Source: a virus
Taxonomy: Duplodnaviria; Caudoviricetes
Virus record (IMG/VR): IMGVR_UViG_3300030372_001056
Coordinates: 1-31,097 of that record
Strand: one strand, 5' to 3'
Length of the DNA: 31,097 nt
The notes beneath the pieces were generated by a model that ran no database searches, had not been told where the DNA came from, and worked only from the letters and a program-made list of their open reading frames with translations. This document shows positions 26,721 to 31,097 of the stretch, piece after piece. Position numbers and translations under genes: made by a program. How positions within the stretch are numbered: position 1 is the first letter of the stretch; each line of letters begins with the position of its first letter.

Positions 26721-27047
26721 ATGAAAGATAAACGTACATATACAAAAATAAAGGAATACGGAGAAGATATGAGTCATGAGAATGAACGTAAACATACTAA
26801 TGAAGAAAATAGAGGGCCAGGTGATTTAACCTACCTAATTGAATTACATCAACAAGAAATTTGGGAGTGGAAAAAGAAAGAGATGGATTGGATTAAAACA
26901 AAAAATTTATTAGATGGTTCTAAAAGAATCATAGAAGAGTTAAGTGCTAAGTTAGTCCAACAAGTTAGAATTATTCAAGAGCTTGAGTATGATAAGAACA
27001 CTTACAAAAAAGAAATTGAAAAACTTCTTGCGGAGAAAACTAAATGA
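26721..27047 (+). CDS. Coiled-coil hypothetical protein
   Basis: ATG 26721 just after the promoter (alternative ATG 26769 with GGAG RBS); long heptad region. Confidence 0.6.
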   Translation: MKDKRTYTKIKEYGEDMSHENERKHTNEENRGPGDLTYLIELHQQEIWEWKKKEMDWIKTKNLLDGSKRIIEELSAKLVQQVRIIQELEYDKNTYKKEIEKLLAEKTK

Positions 27048-27310
27048 GAGTAAGAGACCTCCAGGAATTTTTATCTAAATTCACAGAAGCCAATAAAGAT
27101 GGTAGTAGGCAAGGTAATGCCTTGAGTGATGCTGTACTTTTTGTGGAAAGAGATGGATTCCTAGAAGAAATCAAACGCATGGAAGTTCACGAAAATAGTC
27201 AGACAATCTTTGGAGCCACTGGTAATCACCAGTCTCACAGGTTAGTTTTAAAAACAAAACAAGATAGAAAAATTATTATTCCGGATAAATTGCGTAACGA
27301 TGTGCTGTAA
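27044..27310 (+). CDS. Hypothetical protein
   Basis: GGAG RBS, ATGA overlap with the upstream gene, 88 aa. Confidence 0.7.
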   Translation: MRVRDLQEFLSKFTEANKDGSRQGNALSDAVLFVERDGFLEEIKRMEVHENSQTIFGATGNHQSHRLVLKTKQDRKIIIPDKLRNDVL

Positions 27311-27339
27311 TTGCCTGTTATGCTTACCTCGAAAATAAC

Positions 27340-27720
27340 ATGGGCCCAGAGGCTAAATTTTACAAAGAAATTAAAAAATCTATACCCGAAATATCATGGA
27401 TTCGGCTTGAAAATCTTAGCTCACTTGGCACTCCTGATCTATTGGGCTATAATACTTCTGGGCACTTTTTTACTGTAGAACTTAAAGTTACAAAAGGTAA
27501 AAAGGTTCGGTTCAGTCCTCATCAAATTGCGTTTCACGTGAAGCATCCTAACAACTCTTTCATCTTGGTAAAGGCCCTTGGTCCTTTACCCACGAAAACC
27601 TTTTCGTGGTCCATGTACCATGGACACCGGATAAGGGAGCTTGCAGCTTCGGGCTTGAAGCTTGCTGCTTGCTACTCAGGGCTTGGAGCTTGTCGCTTGG
27701 CGTTTAAGAACCTGAACTAG
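27340..27720 (+). CDS. VRR-NUC / Holliday-junction-resolvase-like PD-(D/E)XK nuclease
   Basis: PEAKF...RLEN...GTPDLL...TVELK...SPHQIAF motifs; the C-terminus runs into the heptamer array. Confidence 0.8.
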   Translation: MGPEAKFYKEIKKSIPEISWIRLENLSSLGTPDLLGYNTSGHFFTVELKVTKGKKVRFSPHQIAFHVKHPNNSFILVKALGPLPTKTFSWSMYHGHRIRELAASGLKLAACYSGLGACRLAFKNLN

Positions 27721-27780
27721 GTTCTGGTTTAGCTTGCTGCTTGGAGCTTGACGCTTGCTGCTTGGAGCTTGTTGCTTGAG
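27639..27780. repeat. Two phased arrays of 7-bp GCTTGNN units separated by a hairpin
   Basis: Nine units at 27639-27701 (two degenerate) and seven units at 27732-27780; the spacer contains AGAACCT-N5-AGGTTCT. Confidence 0.9.
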
Positions 27781-27894
27781 GCCCGGACCAGGCGAACGCG
27801 TTTTACACTCCGTCGAGTTTTTACCGCTAATTGCCTGATCCAGATTATTACGTAGCTTGCGTAATTCTTTATAATATTTTGGGTGTCTCCACAT
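27676..27894 (-). CDS. Possible small basic protein reading through the heptamer array
   Basis: ATG 27894 immediately after the GP88-like stop; MWRHPKYYKELRKLRN...; the C-terminal QAPSSK repeats are a translation of the DNA repeat. Confidence 0.4.
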   Translation of the reverse strand: MWRHPKYYKELRKLRNNLDQAISGKNSTECKTRSPGPGLKQQAPSSKRQAPSSKLNQNLVQVLKRQATSSKP

Positions 27895-27895
27895 T

Positions 27896-28498
27896 TTAAT
27901 GTTGACCGTATGATACATTTTTAATTTCTTTATTCCAGCAATTTCTGCAATCTTTACATTGGCCGTCCTGCTGTGGCGCGGGACACGTGGCACCGCTTGT
28001 AACCACTGTTGAAGTGTTAGGCCAGCTTCCAGCTGCTGGCTGGTCAATCATTGGCATGGAGAATCTTATAATTAAATTATCTGGCGCTCTTGATACGTGA
28101 TCCTTGATCCATGCTTCACGCGTTGGGAGCCAGTGACGTTTTGAAGGTGTCAACCTGCATACTTCATAAATTTTATTTAAATGATTTAAATCTTGAACAT
28201 CACCGCTATCGTGCCATCTAAATACATCTGGCTTCTTGCTGTTAATCAAGTGAGCCATTGCCGCGACCCATTGCGGGCTGCTTACAGCTGCCAGTCTCCG
28301 GTATTGTGCATCTTGTACAACTTTAAAAACATAACAACCTTTTAGAGCGTAGCAATCGTAGCAGGTGCTGCCTTTAACCTTCCTGAGCTTGGAGCCTGTT
28401 TTGCATTCCTTCGCTGGTAGACCTATTGACCAGCCAGGCATTTTTGAAGGCTTGCTTAAGCTTCCTCCTATTATTTTAAGTGCTTCTGCTGTTTTCAT
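27896..28498 (-). CDS. GP88-like Cys-rich protein (radical-SAM-related/Fe-S candidate)
   Basis: SKPSKMPG, C-x13-CxxCYA, FRWHDSGD, HWLPTRE, NLIIRFS, CPA...CKDCRNCW motifs. Confidence 0.72.
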   Translation of the reverse strand: MKTAEALKIIGGSLSKPSKMPGWSIGLPAKECKTGSKLRKVKGSTCYDCYALKGCYVFKVVQDAQYRRLAAVSSPQWVAAMAHLINSKKPDVFRWHDSGDVQDLNHLNKIYEVCRLTPSKRHWLPTREAWIKDHVSRAPDNLIIRFSMPMIDQPAAGSWPNTSTVVTSGATCPAPQQDGQCKDCRNCWNKEIKNVSYGQH

Positions 28499-28625
28499 TT
28501 GTAATTTTTGGTTGGTTCATGAGTCTTGAGTCATAGTCTTTTAACAACTCCCAGATTTCATTTATTTGTTCGTCGCTGTACCATAGTCGAAGAACAGCGG
28601 CCAATTGATCGTAATTTGATTTCAT
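28476..28625 (-). CDS. 49-aa hypothetical protein (not in ORF track)
   Basis: MKSNYDQLAAVLRLWYSDEQINEIWELLKDYDSRLMNQPKITNENSRST*; ATGA coupling with the upstream ORF. Confidence 0.55.
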   Translation of the reverse strand: MKSNYDQLAAVLRLWYSDEQINEIWELLKDYDSRLMNQPKITNENSRST

Positions 28626-28747
28626 ATTTTTAACCACTTCAACATTGCTTTTTTAGGGCCATATGTTTTTTTATTATACTCGTGATTTGGATTATCTTTT
28701 GAGTACATCCAATCAATCATTGTTTTAATTTGTTTTTTAGTTAGCAT
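28622..28747 (-). CDS. 41-aa hypothetical protein (not in ORF track)
   Basis: AAGGAG RBS downstream of a promoter; MLTKKQIKTMIDWMYSKDNPNHEYNKKTYGPKKAMLKWLKI*. Confidence 0.6.
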   Translation of the reverse strand: MLTKKQIKTMIDWMYSKDNPNHEYNKKTYGPKKAMLKWLKI

Positions 28748-28923
28748 TTTTCTTTCTCCTTTAATTTATAGGATACAATAACATTGTACCGCTGTCTTGT
28801 CAAGCTTGCCGCTTGTTGCTTGCAGCTTGCGGCTTGCCGCTTGTAGCTTGAACCTTGGGCCTCGAGCCAGCGCCAGTGCTGCACTAGTATTTTAATACTA
28901 GGCAGCCCGGGTTGTCTACTCAT
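28741..28923 (-). CDS. Possible small protein reading through the heptamer array and promoter
   Basis: ATG 28923 after GAGG; MSRQPGLPSIKILVQHWRWLEAQG...; QAAS repeats derive from the DNA repeat. Confidence 0.4.
   Translation of the reverse strand: MSRQPGLPSIKILVQHWRWLEAQGSSYKRQAASCKQQAASLTRQRYNVIVSYKLKEKEKC
28775..28803 (-). promoter_or_regulatory. sigma70-type promoter
   Basis: TTGACA (28803-28798), 17-bp spacer, TATTGT (28780-28775). Confidence 0.7.
28804..28859. repeat. Phased 7-bp GCTTGNN array
   Basis: Seven perfect GCTTGNN units (28804-28852) plus CCTTGGG; abuts the -35 box of the leftward promoter. Confidence 0.9.
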
Positions 28924-29086
28924 CTTCCTCATCTGCATATGCTGTTATGTAATCTCCAAGATTCATTTTAACCTGCATCATTGCTTCATTGCAGGCTTCT
29001 TCTTCGTCCTCTGCATCAAAAACTAAATCAAAGTTTTTAACCCATTCCTCATCTACTTCTATTGATACTCTGTATTTTTTTGTCAT
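28916..29086 (-). CDS. 56-aa highly acidic protein
   Basis: ATG 29086 after AAGGATGG; 18 Asp/Glu versus 5 Lys/Arg. Confidence 0.65.
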   Translation of the reverse strand: MTKKYRVSIEVDEEWVKNFDLVFDAEDEEEACNEAMMQVKMNLGDYITAYADEEDE

Positions 29087-29225
29087 TTTTATACCATCCT
29101 TTCTCTTCAATAAGATCACAGATAACTTTGAACTCGGCTGGGCCATCGTGTTGATCAGCATCCCAGCCTTCAGCATTGATTTTACAAATTTCTAAAATCT
29201 TTGTAAGTTTTTCTTTATCTGTCAT
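29049..29225 (-). CDS. 58-aa hypothetical protein (not in ORF track)
   Basis: AAGGA RBS, TAATG coupling; MTDKEKLTKILEICKINAEGWDADQHDGPAEFKVICDLIEEKGWYK... Confidence 0.6.
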   Translation of the reverse strand: MTDKEKLTKILEICKINAEGWDADQHDGPAEFKVICDLIEEKGWYKNDKKIQSINRSR

Positions 29226-29356
29226 TAGTTTCCTTGATTGTCTTTATCTATTATTTGCAAGTCCCAGCCTTCTGGCAGGTTCTTAACATCAACTACAACT
29301 CCGCCTTGAACTGTTACTTGTATTGTTTTATCTTTTTTTTCTTTTTCTTGTGTCAT
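29225..29356 (-). CDS. 43-aa hypothetical protein
   Basis: ATG 29356 downstream of the promoter; IQVTVQGGVVVDV...P.GWDLQIID pattern. Confidence 0.6.
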   Translation of the reverse strand: MTQEKEKKDKTIQVTVQGGVVVDVKNLPEGWDLQIIDKDNQGN

Positions 29357-29378
29357 ATATTTCTCTCTTTCTAAATTT

Positions 29379-29407
29379 ATCCTACACCATCCTACAGCTG
29401 CTGTCAA
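29379..29407 (-). promoter_or_regulatory. sigma70-type promoter preceded by two heptamer units
   Basis: TTGACA (29407-29402), 17-bp spacer, TAGGAT (29384-29379); GCTTGAA GCTTGCC at 29408-29421. Confidence 0.7.
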
Positions 29408-29449
29408 GCTTGAAGCTTGCCGTTTAATTCTTTCTTCTTTAGAATGATT

Positions 29450-29466
29450 TTTAGAATCATTCTAAA
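29450..29466. promoter_or_regulatory. Perfect match to the alphaproteobacterial Irr box (iron control element)
   Basis: TTTAGAA-TCA-TTCTAAA; a second, degenerate copy overlaps it at 29438-29454. Confidence 0.6.
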
Positions 29467-29471
29467 CTGAC

Positions 29472-29694
29472 CAGTAACTCTTCACAGCCGGGCTTATCTA
29501 GAATCCACTGGCCACTAATAGTTACTGATCCCAGGCCACACTCCATAAAGACCCTTTTCGCTAGCAAAGGTTGTGTGACCAGGGATCAGTTCTGGTTGCG
29601 CCCCGTCACTGATTGACGATGTGTGGTTGCACACAACCAGAAGTTGTTCCAATCAGAGATTAGGGTGTATAGCTAATTCTTCTAAAATCTGATT
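29472..29694 (-). ncRNA. Putative structured ncRNA: four consecutive stem-loops
   Basis: Closing stems at 29651-57/29688-94, 29590-98/29634-42, 29524-41/29573-90 and 29472-79/29520-27; starts at the predicted TSS of the leftward promoter. Confidence 0.6.
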
Positions 29695-29699
29695 ATTCC

Positions 29700-29740
29700 T
29701 ATATAATCCTATTGACAAGTATTGTCAAGTAGTATATTAA
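29700..29740. promoter_or_regulatory. Divergent promoter pair around the TTGACAA-GTA-TTGTCAA palindrome
   Basis: Minus strand TTGACA (29728-29723)-17-TATATA (29705-29700); plus strand TTGACA (29712-29717) with an AT-rich but less canonical -10 at 29733-29740. Confidence 0.7.
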
Positions 29741-29771
29741 TTTATTTATGCAAACAAACAGAAAGGCACAA

Positions 29772-30764
29772 ATGAGTAAAATAAGAATGAATACTGAATT
29801 TAGAAATAAGATTTTAAATCGGTATGTTGATAATGCTGAAACAGAAAACACGCAAGAACGAGAGGCATATAATCAAGCAAGGGAAAAAGTTGACGCATTA
29901 TATCCACTTGTTTTTGATGTAGCTAAAACAGTTGTATCAAGGTCTTACCCACAAGAAGATGTTGACACTTGCAAAAGTTTAAAAGCAAAGTATGGACAAC
30001 CTTTAGATGTTGTTGCTAAAGATAAATGCTTTTATTTCTCTTATGCAAAAGCTGATGTTCAAAAAATGTTGAATGAAGATGAAGATGAAAATGTATCTGA
30101 ACATTTTGACTTTGGTTTATTTGGTAGTTGTGGCAATAGTGAATATAGTGATGAAACAGGAAAACAATTTGCTTATGCTTATAAAAGAGAAGAACTAAAA
30201 GCAAAAGACTGTAATGCAGATATTCTTGCGCAACAAAATGGCAAGGAAGATAACCCACATAAAACTAAACACATTGAGGCAAACGACAAGGCACTTGGAT
30301 ATAGTAATTATTCAAGATACAATTCAGATGATGATAACGCAATCGGAATTACAAGAGAGTTTGATAGTCAATTTTATTTAGATATTATTGGAACATCACA
30401 TTGTCGTTCAAGAACTATTGCTTGTACTAAACAAGAGTTTGAACAGTTTAAAATGTTAAAACTTGCAAAAGCAAATGTAATTACTTGTCATCAAAAATGG
30501 ATTGATAGTATTGAAAAACAAAAACAAGCTATGAAAACAGGATTGAAAGCTTACAGATATTTAAGCGAGGGTGTTGAGTTGATGAAAGAACTTGGCATTG
30601 AAATTGATGAGGCAGAACTTGTTAGATGTAATTCAACAGGATTGACAATCTATAATCCTGTGAACTTGGCTAGTATGATTAAAGGCATGAAAAATACTAC
30701 CATGACAAGAGAGCAGAAAATAGCGATTAGAAAGCAATATGAAAGCGAGGGAAAATTAAATTAA
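29772..30764 (+). CDS. Hypothetical early protein (330 aa)
   Basis: ATG 29772 after GAAAGG (alternative 29748); long ORF with a C-terminal coiled coil; no recognisable family. Confidence 0.75.
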   Translation: MSKIRMNTEFRNKILNRYVDNAETENTQEREAYNQAREKVDALYPLVFDVAKTVVSRSYPQEDVDTCKSLKAKYGQPLDVVAKDKCFYFSYAKADVQKMLNEDEDENVSEHFDFGLFGSCGNSEYSDETGKQFAYAYKREELKAKDCNADILAQQNGKEDNPHKTKHIEANDKALGYSNYSRYNSDDDNAIGITREFDSQFYLDIIGTSHCRSRTIACTKQEFEQFKMLKLAKANVITCHQKWIDSIEKQKQAMKTGLKAYRYLSEGVELMKELGIEIDEAELVRCNSTGLTIYNPVNLASMIKGMKNTTMTREQKIAIRKQYESEGKLN

Positions 30765-30768
30765 GCTA

Positions 30769-30796
30769 TTGACATATAGGGGCTATCCTATATAGT
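30769..30796 (+). promoter_or_regulatory. sigma70-type promoter overlapped by an inverted repeat
   Basis: TTGACA (30769-30774), 16-bp spacer, TATAGT (30791-30796); TATAGGG...CCCTATA inverted repeat at 30775-30803. Confidence 0.7.
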
Positions 30797-30820
30797 CCCT
30801 ATATAACAGAAAGGAATAAA

Positions 30821-31012
30821 ATGATAACAGAAAAAACATTTAGAATAACCTACTACGCAGACAAACATAAAAAACATATTACGAGATTAGGTAAATGGGT
30901 TGACGGTTGCAGATATTGGACAGACAAATCTGGAAAAGCTATTTGTACTTACTTTGATATTGAGGCAGATAATTTTAGGAATGCGAGTAGAACTTGGACG
31001 GTGAGGTATTAA
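30821..31012 (+). CDS. Hypothetical protein
   Basis: GAAAGGA RBS; beta-rich, aromatic, 63 aa. Confidence 0.7.
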   Translation: MITEKTFRITYYADKHKKHITRLGKWVDGCRYWTDKSGKAICTYFDIEADNFRNASRTWTVRY

Positions 31013-31097
31013 TGCCAAATAAACATTTTTGCCAAGGTACTTGGTGTCATACATATCCAACTACAGATAGGTTTCTAAAATCAAAAGGCATAATTCG
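31012..31097 (+). CDS. Hypothetical protein, truncated at the window end
   Basis: GAGG RBS, TAATG coupling; MPNKHFCQGTWCHTYPTTDRFLKSKGIIR... Confidence 0.55.
   Translation, partial: MPNKHFCQGTWCHTYPTTDRFLKSKGII

Noticed and set aside
27639-28859. Heptamer arrays as a CRISPR array
   Set aside because: Units are 7 bp with no 25-45 bp repeats or unique spacers, and there are no cas genes; the Cas4-like fold at 24708 is an ordinary phage exonuclease.
29472-29694. tRNA or tmRNA genes in the structured region
   Set aside because: No T-loop GTTCRA, no cloverleaf and no CCA end on either strand.
1-31097. Prophage/integrase, reverse transcriptase or diversity-generating retroelement
   Set aside because: No integrase, RT (YxDD) motif, template/variable repeat pair or host genes were seen in this window.

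Overview
A 31-kb, AT-rich segment of a marine tailed-phage genome. Gene content and order resemble podovirus-like pelagiphages infecting SAR11 (HTVC023P/uvMED-like), but host and lineage are inferred, not shown. Left to right: (1) virion-internal/ejection-type proteins (1-8550) and a lysis pair (small membrane protein plus M15A peptidase); (2) a divergent SNF2 helicase and a replication operon (SSB-like protein, AEP primase, free-standing HNH endonuclease, UvrD helicase, DUF3310, family A DNA polymerase with Leu at the 762 position); (3) small membrane and basic proteins, including an ArfA-like ORF missing from the ORF track; (4) an RHH-like regulator, a LAGLIDADG protein, a 2OG-Fe(II) oxygenase, an exonuclease, an AT-rich repeat region and a terminase small subunit; (5) an early-type region with a GP88-like protein and tiny ORFs. 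The most unusual signals are non-coding: a promoter-driven array of four hairpins (29472-29694) next to a perfect Irr/ICE box (29450-29466), phased 7-bp GCTTGNN arrays abutting promoters, two symmetric bidirectional sigma70 promoters, a recurring ATCCTA box, and a second GC-rich structured region (22260-22490). All product calls come from motif recognition only; no database search was run.
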